The position numbers were made by a program, and so were the translations under genes. This document shows positions 27,439 to 45,037 of a stretch of DNA of 64,000 nucleotides, one piece after another; within the stretch, counting starts at the first letter, position 1; every line of letters begins with the position of its first letter. Where the stretch lies: assembly GCA_963920595.1 (NCBI GenBank), contig OY986948.1, positions 1,240,001 to 1,304,000 of the forward strand, in the 5' to 3' direction. Under the pieces are notes generated by a model, which made no database searches, was not told the DNA's origin, and saw only the letters and a list, made by a program, of their open reading frames with translations. The DNA is from Eimeria praecox. Lineage: Eukaryota.

Positions 27439-28916
27439 CTTACTAGACATAATATCTTTGTTGTGATATACTCAAATAAATAAATAAAATAAAATAAAAT
27501 AAATAAATAAATAAATAAATAAATAACTTACTAGACATAATATCTTTGTTGTGATAGACTCAAATAAATAAATAAATAAAAATAATAAATAAATAAATAA
27601 ATAAATAACTTACTAGACATAATATCTTTGTTGTGATATACTCCGTCTTTATTTTTAATTTCTACTCTAACTCTTCCTCTGCTTAACAACCAGTCCTTCG
27701 GATATCTCTTGTTCTAAACAAACACAAACAAATAACTTATTTTATTTTATTTTGTTTTGTTTTGTTTTGTTTTATTTTGTTTTATTTTATTTTGTTTTAT
27801 TTTGTTTTATTTTATTTTATTTTGTTTTGTTATATTTTATTTTATTTTATTTTATTTTATTTTATTTTTGTTTTGTTTTGTTTTATTTTATTTTATTTTA
27901 TTTTATTTTATTTTATTTTATTTTATTTTATTTTGTTTTATTTTGTTTTATTTTATTCTATTTAATTTTTTATTTTAATAAAATTTATAGCAAACAAAAT
28001 AAAAGAAAATAAAACAAACTAAACTAAACTAAAATTAAAATAAAATAAGATATAGTAAAATAAAATAAAATAAAATAAAATAAAATAAAATAAAATAAAA
28101 TAAACAAAGACAAACAGAACGGAATAGATAAAACAAAGACAAGTCAAATAAAATAAAATAAAAATAAAAAGTAAAATAAAACAAACATCTTCAACAAAGA
28201 CGAAGACCAATAAAATAAACGAAAATAAAATAAATAAAATAAAATAAAATAAAATAAAATAAATAAAACAAAGACAAATAAAATAAAAATAAAATAAAAT
28301 AAAATAAAACAAAGACAAGACACAAACCTCTTCAACATACGTAGGTAGATTAAGATGTTGTATAACAGACAAATTAACTAAAACAAAGATAATAAAATAA
28401 AATAAAATAAAATAAGATAAAATAAAATAAAATAAATTAAATAAAACAAAGACAAGCACAAACACAAATAAAATAAATTAAATAAAACAAAGACAAGACA
28501 CACACACACAAACAAACATACCTCTTCAACATAAGTAGGTAGATTAAGATGTTGTATAACAGACAAATTAACTAAAACAAAATAAAATAAAATAAAATAA
28601 AATAAAATAAAATAAAATAAATAAACCAAATACAAATACAAAGACAGACACAAACAACAAATAAATTAAATAAAACAAAGACAAGACACACAAACACAAA
28701 CAAACATACCTCTTCAACATAAGTAGGTAGATTAAGATGTTGTATAACAGTATATATTTCGTTAACATTAGGATTATCGACAGCAATATTTTTATTTATT
28801 TTTCTTCCTTCGTTTGTAGTAAAATGTTTATTTATATATGCAGGATATATAATATGCCAATGTCTTCTATCTACACCATCATTATCTTCTTCTTCTTTCT
28901 CTTCTTCCTTTGCTGC

Positions 28917-28949
<33 letters not shown>

Positions 28950-29114
28950 TGCTGCTGTTGTTGTTGAACCTAAGCCTTGACTACTAAATAAACGAGTTAA
29001 AAGAGCAGGATTAAACCCTAAACCTCCTCCTCCTCCTCCTTCTCCTCCTCCTGCTGCTGCTGCTGCTGCAGCAGCAGCAGCAGCAGCAGCAGCACTACGT
29101 ATGTCTCGCTTCAT
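25631..29114 (-). CDS. SRP19: Signal recognition particle 19 kDa protein, 3 exons
   Basis: Exons 29114-28710, 27713-27614 and 25746-25631. Motifs: [31 protein letters not shown]...RGRVRVELK and LIPLLKTR, followed by a C-terminal poly-K. Confidence 0.93.
26530..27570 (-). repeat. Array of about 11 copies of a ~36-bp SRP19 exon-2 end plus donor, separated by (AAAT)n spacers
   Basis: The unit ACTTACTAGACATAATATCTTTGTT(A/G)(T/C)GATA(T/G)ACTC recurs and matches the real junction at about 27608-27643. Confidence 0.93.
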
Positions 29115-29330
29115 TTCGTATATACTTATTTGCTGGTGAGGTATTCCCTCTTTTTCTCTCTCTATATTTTATTTTATTTTTATTTTATTTTATTTTATTT
29201 TATTTTATTTATTTTATTTTATTTTGTTTATTTTATTTATTTAAACAGCAGCAGAAGAAAATATTGTCTATGAAACACAATATAATATCTATCTATATTT
29301 ACAAACAAGACACAAACATATACACGCTGC

Positions 29331-29362
<32 letters not shown>

Positions 29363-29432
29363 TTGCTGCTGCTGCTGCGGCTGGTTTTGTTAGAAATGTC
29401 GCTGCCCCTGCAGCTGCTGTATCTGCTGCTGC

Positions 29433-29506
<74 letters not shown>

Positions 29507-30524
29507 AGGGAAGAGCTTGCAAACTGTTTCGCCTTGAACAGTCCTGTAAGTTTAAGGATTAATATATAAATATTAAACCCTAAACCCTAAACCCTAAACC
29601 CTAAACCCTAAAACGCATGCAAAGTGATGGCGATCCTGCATCTGCGGTGTATGCGCATACAGCTCGTTGTTGGCGGCGTAGCACCCGCGAGTATATTAGG
29701 GTGATTAGGGTCTAAAACGATGGAATTAAAGATAAATTTTACAGTTTATTTAAAAAGACAAACAAAATAAACATATATATCAAAAAAAAATAAGAAAATA
29801 GAATTACTTTATGGCTGTTTGAAGCAACAGATCTAACCCTAGCATGCAACAGGCTTCTACGAAAGAGAGGAGGTATAATTTGTACGTAATAAAATATTTA
29901 TATATACAAATATATAAATATAAATAATATATATTTAAATATTTTATTAATTATATTTATTTTTATTTTATATATTTTTATTTTTATTTATTCTTTATCT
30001 TATATATATATATATATATAACCCTAAATTCGTAGCTCTTCCCTCTCTTCTCGTTTTGTTTGTTGTATTCATTCTTAGGCTTCTATCATAATTTATACTA
30101 TTTATTAATTTTAAATTAAATTAATTACTTTTATTCTTTTTTTAAATTGTCTACACACTAGCAAAAGGTCCAACAGCAGCAATAACAGCAGCAACTGCAG
30201 CAGCAACAGCAACAGCAGCAGCAGCAGCAGCAACAACAACCAAAGCAGCAGCTCAGACAGCAGCAACAGCAGCAGCAACAGCAGCAGCAACAGCAGCAGC
30301 AACAGCAGCAGCAACAGCAGCAGCAACAGCAGCACTTGATGCTGTGAGCACGCAGCGATGGTGTGAAGCAGAGTGAAGCTATTGTGTCTTTGACTTCGCT
30401 TCTAGGGTTTAGGGTTTAGGGTTTAGGGTTTAGGGTTTAGGGTTTGGGGTTTAGTGGCTACATCTTACATTTTCTTCTTTCTCATTCTTTTCTTCTTTCT
30501 TCTTTTTTTTCTATGTTTATTTTT

Positions 30525-30894
30525 ATGAATCGATGGAGGACTTCTTACCTGTTGCTGCTGCTGCTGCTCCTGCTGCAGCAGCAGCAACAGCAGCAACAGC
30601 AGCAGCAGCAGCAACAGCAGCAGCATTTAATCCCTCAGTTTATTTCTTCTGCTTCTGCTGTATGTGTATCTCGAAATAGTTTTAAAATCAATTCTGCTTC
30701 TATTTCTTCTCTCTTTCCCTCTCTTTCGAGTGTACAGACACCACAGCTGCAGCAGCGACAGACAGCAGCATTCCTAGGCTGCTCTGCTGCTGCTGCTGCT
30801 GCTGCTGCTCTAAGAAACAGTAAACTGCAGCAGCAATATCCGCAGCAGAAAACATATTTGGCTGCCTCTTCTAAGAAAAACCCAACAGCTGCAA

Positions 30895-30934
<40 letters not shown>

Positions 30935-31054
30935 GCAGCAGCAACTGCAGCAGCGACTGCAGCAGCAGCAGCAGCAACTCGAGGATTTACCTCCACTAGA
31001 AATCATAGAAGCCTCACCTCCCTCCCCCACCAACAGCAGCAACAGCAGCAACAA

Positions 31055-31086
<32 letters not shown>

Positions 31087-31129
31087 ACAGCAACAACAAC
31101 AACAGCAGCAGCAGCAACAGCAGCAGCAG

Positions 31130-31161
<32 letters not shown>

Positions 31162-31255
31162 ACTGCAGCAAGTGCAGCAGCAAACTGCGTCTATCTATGC
31201 TTCAAGACCTATCAGTTCCTTCCTCTCTCCAGGCTTTAACGTCTTCTTCTTCAAC

Positions 31256-31311
<56 letters not shown>

Positions 31312-32592
31312 GTGAATGGCTTCTATCTATATCTAATTTGCATGCGGCAGCAGCAGAAGATAAGAAAGAAATATTAAAAGGAGTTAATATGCAAATTAAA
31401 AAAAAAGAAATACATATTATCCTAGGAAGAAATGGATCTGGTATGATATAATTAATTAATTAATTAATTAATTAATTTAATTTAATTAATTTAATTTAGT
31501 TTAATTAATATTTAATTTAATTAATATTTAATTAGTATTTAATTAGTATTTAATTTAATTTAATTTAATTAAAGTTTTTGAAGAAATACATGTTATCCTA
31601 GGAAGAAACGGATCTGGTATGATATAATTAATTAATTAATTAATTAATTAATTTAATTTAATTTAATTAATTTAATTTAGTTTAATTAATTTAATTTAGT
31701 TTAATTAATATTTAATTAGTATTTAATTTAATTTAATTTAATTAGTATTTAGAGAAATACATGTTGTCCTAGGAAGAAACGGATCTGGTATGATATAATT
31801 AATTAATTAATTAATTAAATTAATTAAATTAATTAAATTAATTTAATTAATTAATTAAATTAAATAAATTAAATAAATTAAATAAATTAATTAAATTAAT
31901 TAAATTAATTAAATTAGTATTTAATTAGTATTTAATTTAATTTAATTAGTATTTAAAGAAATACATATTATCCTAGGTAAGATCTAATTAATTAATTTAA
32001 TTAATTAAATTTAATTAATTAATTAATTTAATTTAATTTAATTAGTATTTAATTTAATTTAATTCAATTTAATTTAATTCAATTTAATTTAATTTAATTT
32101 AATTTAATTTAATTTAATTTAATTTAATTAGTATTATATAATTAGCGTATTATTTGTTTTCTTTATCTTTTTATTTTTTTGTTTTGTTTTATTTGTTTGT
32201 TTACGTGTTGTTGTATTTTATTTAATTTATGTTTTACTTAGTTTATATTTTATTTAATTTATATTTTATTTAGTTTATAGTTTTTTCAATTATAATTTAT
32301 ATTTAATTTATATTTTATCAAATTTATATTTTATTTAATTTGTTTTGTTTTGTTTGTTTGTTTTGTTTTATTTGTTTTATTTTGTTTTATTTGTTTTATT
32401 TGTTTTGTTTTGTTTGTTTTGAAACCCTAAACCCTAAACCCTAAAACCCTAAAACCCTAAACCCTAAAACCCTAAACCCTAAACCCTAAACCCTAAACCT
32501 CGTTCCTAAATCCCAACCCCAAGGACCTCAAAACAACCCCTAAACCCTAAACCCTAAACCCTAAACCCTCCCCCCTCCCTCTGCCCTACGCG

Positions 32593-32690
<98 letters not shown>

Positions 32691-33464
32691 TATATTTAAT
32701 TATTTTCAGGTAAATCAACATTAAGTAAAGTATTGGCAGGTAGTTCAAATTATAATATAACTAAAGGAGATATTCAATACAAACATTTAGATTTATTATC
32801 GTTATCTGCAGATAGAAGAGGCCTTGAGGGTATATTCTTATCTTTTCAACATCCTATAGAAATACCTATGACAACAACATTTGAGGTTTTAAAAACAGCA
32901 ATTAACGAAAAAAACAAATATAATAAACAACAAGAATATGATGATATACAAATAGAACACATACTTAAACCCTTAGCAGAGGTAGAGACACAAACCCTAA
33001 ACCCTAAACCCCATAAACCCCATAAACCCCATAAACCCCATAAACCCTAAACCCTACGTTGAGAGAGAACGATGGGGGATTGATTTGCTCTTTTCATGTT
33101 TTTTTTTCGTTTTTATTTTTATTTCTTTGTTTTTGTTTGTTTTTATTTTTATTTATTTTTCTGTGTTTGTTTTTATTTTTATTTATTTATTTATTATTAT
33201 TATTATTATATTATTTATTTATTTGTTTTTGTTTGTTTTTAATTTTATTTTTTTTTGGTTTGTTTTAATTTTATTTGTCTTTGTTTGTTTTTATTTTTAT
33301 TTGTATTTATTTTTATTTTTATTTATTTGTATTTGTTTTTATTTTTATTTATTTGTATTTGTGTTTCTTTTTATTTTTTATTTGTTTGTTTATCTTTGTT
33401 TTTATTTGTATTTATATTTATTTTTATTTATATGTCTTTCTATCTGCTGCTGCTGCTGCTGCAT

Positions 33465-33518
<54 letters not shown>

Positions 33519-33590
33519 CGTATTATTTTATTTATATATGATTATTATTTATTTGTTTTTGTATCTGCTGCTGCATCTGCTGCTGCTGCA

Positions 33591-33622
<32 letters not shown>

Positions 33623-33657
33623 ATCTGCTGCTGCTGCTGCATCTGCTGCTGCTGCAT

Positions 33658-33705
<48 letters not shown>

Positions 33706-34576
33706 CAGCTTGTGCGTCTTCCGTATTCTTTTCTACATCGTCCCGTCAATTATGGTTTTAGTGGAGGAGAGAAGAAAAGAAACGAAGTTTTACAACTTCT
33801 CGCATTATCTCCTTCTTTGGCTCTACTCGATGAAGTTGATTCAGGCCTTGATGTTGATGCTTTCAATGTTATTGCTAACGCCCTCAGGGGTTATGGTAAA
33901 CCCTAAACCCTAAACCCTAGTTATAAACCCTAAACCCTAGTTATAAACCCTAAACCCTAGTTATAAACCCTAAACCCTAGTTATAAACCCTAAACCCTAG
34001 TTATAAACCCTAAACCCTAGTTATAAACCCTAAACCTTAGTTATAAACCCTAAACGCTAGTTATAAACCCTAAACCCTAGGTATAAACCCTAAACCCTAG
34101 TTATAAACTCTAAACCCTAGTTATAAACCCTAAACCCTAGTTATAAACCCTAAACCCTAGTTATAAACCCTAAACCTTAGTTATAAACCCTAAACGCTAG
34201 TTATAAACCCTAAACCCTAGGTATAAACCCTAAACCCTAGTTATAAACCGTAAACCCCAGTTATAAACCCTAAACCCTGGTTCTAAACGCTAATTATAAA
34301 CACTTATAAACCGTATTTGATGTTGATATTTTCATTGTTACACAAACATTACAGTAAACCCTAAACCCTAAACCCTAGCTGCTGGTTTGTGCTGCAGCGG
34401 ATACAACGGATGCGTCTTTTATAATAACAACACATTATAAAAAATTATTAGATATATTAAAACCTACGAAAATACATATTATGCATGAAGGTAAAATAAT
34501 AAAAAGTGGGGGAGTTGAGTTAGCTGAGAAAGTAGAAGAAGAAGGATTTGAAGGAATCGTAAACCCTAAACCCTAA
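30525..34576 (+). CDS. sufC: Fe-S cluster assembly ATPase SufC, probably apicoplast-targeted
   Basis: Exons 30525(or 30513)-31440, 32710-32981, 33709-33895 and 34398-34576. Motifs: Walker A GRNGSGKST, GIFLSFQHPIEIP, signature GFSGGEKKRNE, LDEVDSGLDVDA and ITTHY. The N-terminus looks like a signal peptide plus transit peptide. The exact start and last codons are uncertain. Confidence 0.93.
33901..34280. repeat. 20-bp minisatellite (AAACCCTAGTTATAAACCCT)n in SufC intron 3
   Basis: A regular 20-bp period is directly visible. Confidence 0.9.
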
Positions 34577-34731
34577 ACCCTAAACCCTAAACCCTAAACC
34601 CTAATGCTTGATAGATATCTAGAAACCCTAAACCCTAAACCTTTATACATCAGGGTGTTTGTAGATTTTAAGTAACTTGAAACAAACCCTAAACCCTAAA
34701 CCCTAAACCCTAAACCCTAAATATACTTTCT

Positions 34732-34753
34732 CTGAGGTGTACGTACACCTCAG
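34732..34753. promoter_or_regulatory. Perfect 22-bp palindrome CTGAGGTGTACGTACACCTCAG, representative of a dispersed motif family
   Basis: The palindrome is seen directly and many related copies occur in the window. A regulatory role is only inferred. Confidence 0.4.
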
Positions 34754-34991
34754 CTCACCAATAACAAAAAACCTTTTAAAACCCTAATTTGTTTTTTTCA
34801 CTAATATTAATCAAATATATATAATTGTTTAGGGTTTAGGGTTTAGGGTTTAGGGTTTAGGGTTTAGGGTTTAGGGTTTAGGGTTTACATATATATGAGG
34901 CAAGCTAAACATAATCCGAAAAGAAAACAAGATGTGTCTCCTGCTGCTGCTGCTGCTGCTGCTACACCAACAGCAGCAGCAGCAGCAACAA

Positions 34992-35044
<53 letters not shown>

Positions 35045-35052
35045 GCAAGGGT

Positions 35053-39090
<4,038 letters not shown>

Positions 39091-39783
39091 CTTCAGTAAC
39101 AAGTCTTTATTATCTTGTATGTTGTATGAGACATCAAATATTAAATTAAACTTTCCACCTTTCTTTTAATTATATAATAAAAAGAAAATAAAGAAGAAAT
39201 AATAAAAATAAATATAATTTACGATGCTATTTCGATAATATCAAACATTCAAAATATACTGAGCTGCCTATACACCCCAAGTCTGCCATCGCCAAAAAAA
39301 GAAATTGTAGTTTACTTTTTTATTTATTTGTTTTAAATTGTTGAATATTTAATAATTTTAATTTAAATAAACCAAAAAAGCCCCGAAATTATAAATTGTA
39401 TGCATGCGAATCCAACCCCAGCACAAACACATCTGTTGTTAATATCATCATTCTTCAATTATTTTTGTTTTCTTTTTATTTATATTTATATTATTATTAT
39501 TATTATTATTCTTTTTATATTTGTTTTATCTCCTGACGTTCACAGAGGTATATTCATTCTGCATCTCTTTCCGTGTTTCTTCCCTCGTTCAAGTTGAGGT
39601 GTACGTACACCGCAGATATGAATCTGCCGGTTTATTCTTTCTTTTTTCTTTCTTTTTCATAATATACAAACATTATTTAATTATTATTTTGCATTTATTT
39701 TTCTTTTCAACTATTTTCAAACCCAATAAACCATCAAATGTTATCTTTCTCTCCCCCACATACACAAATTATATACTAACAAC

Positions 39784-40141
39784 ATGACGACAGGAAAGCC
39801 TTCTTCTTCTGTTTCTTCTTCTTCTGTTTCTTCTTCTTCTTCTTTTTCTGAATCCCCGAAGGAGGCAGTTGATTGTATAAACCCTGCAGCAGCAACATCA
39901 ACATCAACATCAACATCAACATCAACAGCAGCAGCAGCAGCAGCAGCAACAGAATATATATCTGTAGATAATGATATTGAATATTCTCTTCAACAAGAAA
40001 AAAAAATGTTAGAATATTTTGCTGCTGATGCTGCTGCTCTTGCTGCTGATGCTGCTGCTGGTCGTGCTGCTGCAGCAGCAGCAGCAAAATTAATATCTGA
40101 GATTAGAAGACGGGAGTATGGGCAGACAGAGACAGCAGAAA

Positions 40142-40183
<42 letters not shown>

Positions 40184-40184
40184 A

Positions 40185-40215
<31 letters not shown>

Positions 40216-40514
40216 GCACCAACAACAGCACCAACAACAGCAGCAAGAGCAGCATCAGAAACAACAACAGTAGTAGCAACAGCACCACCACCAACAGCAG
40301 CAACATCACCACCACCAACAGCAGCAACACCAGCAGCAACACCATCAGCAGCAGCAGCAGCAGCAGGGCCTCATATCTGTCGGTTTCGTTTATTTAGAGT
40401 AGATTGTGATAGATATTATAATATTAAACATTTAAGAGAGAGAGTGCCGCTCTTAGGAGCGAAGAACGTAGAACAACTCTGTAAAACTATTGTTGTTGAA
40501 AACACCAAACATAC

Positions 40515-40577
<63 letters not shown>

Positions 40578-40891
40578 TATATCTATATCTGTATCTATAT
40601 CTATATCTATATATCTATATAACTATATCTATATCTATATCTATATCTATATCTATATATCTATATCTATATATCTATATAACTATATCTATATCTATAT
40701 ATCTATATCTATATCTATATATCTATATATCTATATCTATATCGTATATCTATATCTATATCGTATATCTATATCTATATATCTATATATCTATATCTAT
40801 ATATCTATATATCTATATATCTATATATCTATATCTATATCTATATCTATATCTATATCTATATCTATATCTATATCTATATCTATATCTA

Positions 40892-40958
<67 letters not shown>

Positions 40959-41411
40959 ATATATATATATATATAATTACTATGTGTTATTAGTAAACAT
41001 TTTACTGTAAGGAGGATGACGAAGATAAACTTCGTTCAAACTACTGAAGACAAAATATGGAGACTTACATAATCTTCTCTCTGACTCTTTACTCTGTATT
41101 TATTTATATTTATATTTATATTTATTTATATTTATTTATATTTATATTTATTTATATTTATTTATATTTATATTTATATTTATGTTTATTTATGTTTATT
41201 TATATTTGTATTTATATTTATATTTATATTTATATTTATATTTATATTTATATTTATATTTATATTTATATTTATATTTATATTTATATTTATATTTATA
41301 TTTATATTTATATTTATACTTATATTTATATTTTATATTTATATTTATGTTTCATATTTATATTTGGTTATATCTATATAAACCCGTACATGCTAAGGCG
41401 TACGGATATGT

Positions 41412-41480
<69 letters not shown>

Positions 41481-41539
41481 AGTATTTACTTATGTATATT
41501 ATTTATCATTAAATAAATAATATGTATTTACTTGTACTC

Positions 41540-41604
<65 letters not shown>

Positions 41605-42111
41605 ACATATATACATATATACATATATATATTGTTTTACAGGCAAATCATCTTTATATGTTGTAGGTTATCTGTCTTTGTAGGTTTGTGTTTGTATGTA
41701 TACAAGTATTTGTTTATATTATATATTATATATTATATATTATATATTATATATTATATTATATTATATATTATATATTATATATTATATATTATATATT
41801 ATATATTATATATTATATATTATATATTATATATTATATATTATATATTATATATTATATATTATATATTATATATTATATATTATATATTATATATTAT
41901 ATATTATATATTATATATTATATATTATATATTATATATTATATATTATATATTATATATTATATATTATATATTATATATTATATATTATATATTATAT
42001 ATTGTATATTATATATCATATATTTTATATTTTATAATTTATATTTTATATTTTCTATTTCATACTGTATACTATATATTAGATATCATATCTACTATTT
42101 TATACATTGCC

Positions 42112-42156
<45 letters not shown>

Positions 42157-42815
42157 TACAATTAATTATTTGCTTGAGGTGTATATCTTCTTAAGCAGAC
42201 AGAGCTTGTACAGCTATTCTCACGTCATCTAGGGTTTAGGGTTTAGGGTTTAGGGTTTAGGGTTTAGGGTTTAGGGTTTAGGGTTTAGGGTTTAGGGTTT
42301 AGGGTTTGCTCAGGCGCTGAAGATCGTCTTAACAGTCGTTATTATTTGGTGGTTTTACAATCTCAAGATAAATTAAATGGGGAGAGAGTCAAAGACCTTA
42401 TCAAAGCAGAAAATCTTAAGGTAGGGTTTAGGGTTTAGGGTTTAGGGTTTAGGGTTTAGGGTTTAGGGTTTAGGGTTTAGGGTTTCGATGACGAGGGAAG
42501 ATGATGAGATAAAATTAGGGTTTGGCGTCGAATGTGAAAGAGTAGGGATTTCTCCTTTGATATCAACAGGGTTACATATCTAGGGTTTAGGGTTTAGGGT
42601 TTAGGGTTTAGGGTTTAGGGTTTAGGGTTTAGGGTTTAGGGTTTTGTATGTTTGTGTAGATAGGTCGGCGTTTATCTAATAAGAAATTAAATTTTAATTT
42701 TTGTTTATCTTTTGAAAATTTAACTGGATATAAGAAGAATGCAGTTAATCCATTTAATATAAAACAAAACATCCCCGTTATAATCTCCTCGAAAGTTATA
42801 TTGCTGCAGCAGCAA

Positions 42816-42868
<53 letters not shown>

Positions 42869-42980
42869 AGAGCAGCAGCAGACAGTTTTTCTAGGAGGAG
42901 GTGCGGTAGACCTTAAGATAGAAATTAATCTAATTGATCTTGTTAGACTTACAAACCCTATCATTGGGGTTGTTAGCTGA
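39784..42980 (+). CDS. YbaK/aminoacyl-tRNA deacylase-associated domain protein, 3 exons
   Basis: Exons 39784-40516, 42314-42420 and 42660-42980. Motifs: [39 protein letters not shown] and [11 protein letters not shown]. Confidence 0.85.
41007..41092 (+). ncRNA. Intronic box C/D snoRNA, mgU6-47/SNORD7-like (predicted U6 A47 2'-O-methyl guide)
   Basis: C box ATGACGA at 41016-41022, D' CTGA at 41044-41047, guide TAATCTTCTCT at 41070-41080 directly before D box CTGA at 41081-41084. An 8-bp terminal stem GTAAGGAG/CTCTTTAC (one G-U pair) closes it. The guide is complementary to U6 AGAGAAGAUUA. It lies sense within YbaK intron 1. Confidence 0.8.
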
Positions 42981-42981
42981 G

Positions 42982-43015
<34 letters not shown>

Positions 43016-43020
43016 AGGGA

Positions 43021-43053
<33 letters not shown>

Positions 43054-43292
43054 CACTGCAGGATCTGCAGATATATAAATGAACTGCAGGTAGAATATCT
43101 TTGTTTTTTTTCTTTTTTGGGTTTTAGTTTTAATATTTGTTTACTGTCTGTTGCTGCTGTTGCTGCTGCTGTTGCTGCTGTTTGCTGTTGCTGCTGCTGC
43201 TGCTGCGGAGGGGTTTTGCTGCAGCTATCTATCTGCAGCAGTTAGTTTGTTTTAAATTATTTTACTAATACGCTGTAGTTTGGAGTGTATAA

Positions 43293-43377
<85 letters not shown>

Positions 43378-43412
43378 TAGATATAGATATAGATATAGAT
43401 ATAGATATAGAT

Positions 43413-43455
<43 letters not shown>

Positions 43456-43616
43456 TGTATATATATATATATATATTCAGGTGTATAGGCAGCTACATAT
43501 CTTTTTATTATTGATGTAGATAATTAGGATTTTAGGTTTTACTATTCTTTCTCCTCTTTTGTTTTTGCTGTCTTGGAGTTTTTATTTATGTATTTATTAT
43601 TATTTAATTAGTTAGT

Positions 43617-43672
<56 letters not shown>

Positions 43673-43773
43673 ATTTGATTTCTCTAAGAAGCCGACGGAG
43701 TTTCTCCTCGCTTTGTTTTTCTGCGAGTAAAACGAACGTAATTAATCAGGAAAATATATTTAACGTATACATT

Positions 43774-43847
<74 letters not shown>

Positions 43848-45037
43848 GTTATATACAAAGTATACAAAATACATATTATATTATATATAGAATAAATATA
43901 TTTACAAATTATATTATATATATATATATATACATATATAGATAAGCATATATAGATGAAGATATATAGAAAGTTATATCTATATATAAATATATAGATA
44001 TATAAATGTGGCATCACTTGTGTTTGAAATTTTCCTTAAACTACTAATAACTTCTTTTGTTTAAATTAATTTTATTAAAAAATAAAATATAGATAGAAAG
44101 TTGAATGTTAAAGTAGAGTAGATTGAGGTGTACGTACACCGCAGATAGTGGAAAGGATGATATAATTATTATTTTAAATGAGAAATAATCGAATTTGTGT
44201 TTTTGAATATCAATTTATTTATTTTATTTATTTATTTATTTTATTTATATTATTATTATTATTATTATTATTTTCTTTTGTTTCTTCTGTTTCATGTATT
44301 GCTGCTCTCTATGATCTGCAATATTGGTGTTTATTGTTGTTTTTACTTCATTATTAAAACAAAATTTGTTTTTATTTTAATTAAATAATTTTAAATTTTA
44401 TTTATTTCAACAAAACAAAAACAAAAATTTTCTCAGATTCCATAGAAGACCATCGGTAAGGTTTGAACGACGGTCCGACGCCGGTGTTTGTAGAAATGGG
44501 GGATTTAAACTGTGAAATAGAAGAATATATACAAAAATAATATTAAAATTAAATAAATAAACATATTATTTATTTATTTATCTTTTAAAAAAATATTTTA
44601 TTAACATATTTACTCTCAAAACCATCACCGTGATCATAGAGCAAACTCCAGGTGTACGTACACCTCAACGAAACCGCAGCTATAAAGTAGATACATTCTA
44701 AATATTAGAATAGAAGTATAATTATATAAATATTAATTTACTGAGTCGAAGAAGGAGAAAAAACTACACAATCCTACTGTTGCGTCGATCATCAAACTCA
44801 GAATTTAGGGTTTAGGGGTTAGGGTTTAGGGTTTAGGGTTTAGGGTTTAGGGTTTAGGGTTTAGGGCTCTTCGACGCTAACGATCGTGGTTCTCCTCTTC
44901 GTGTGTTTGGTTTTTGGGTGTATGCACACTAACCTTTCGGATGAAAGCCCTAAACTGTAAACCCTAAACAACCCTAAACAACCCTAAACCCTAAACCCTA
45001 AACCCTAAACCCTAAACCCTAGCAAGGAGTCGTCAAG

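Noticed and set aside
26530..27570. CRISPR-like array of ~36-bp repeats with spacers
   Set aside because: The spacers are (AAAT)n microsatellite, the repeat is a copy of the SRP19 exon-2 end, the context is a eukaryotic intron and no cas genes are present.
41384..41405. Small hairpin containing CATGCTAA, complementary to U6 UUAGCAUG
   Set aside because: The match is only 8 nt and no C/D boxes surround it.
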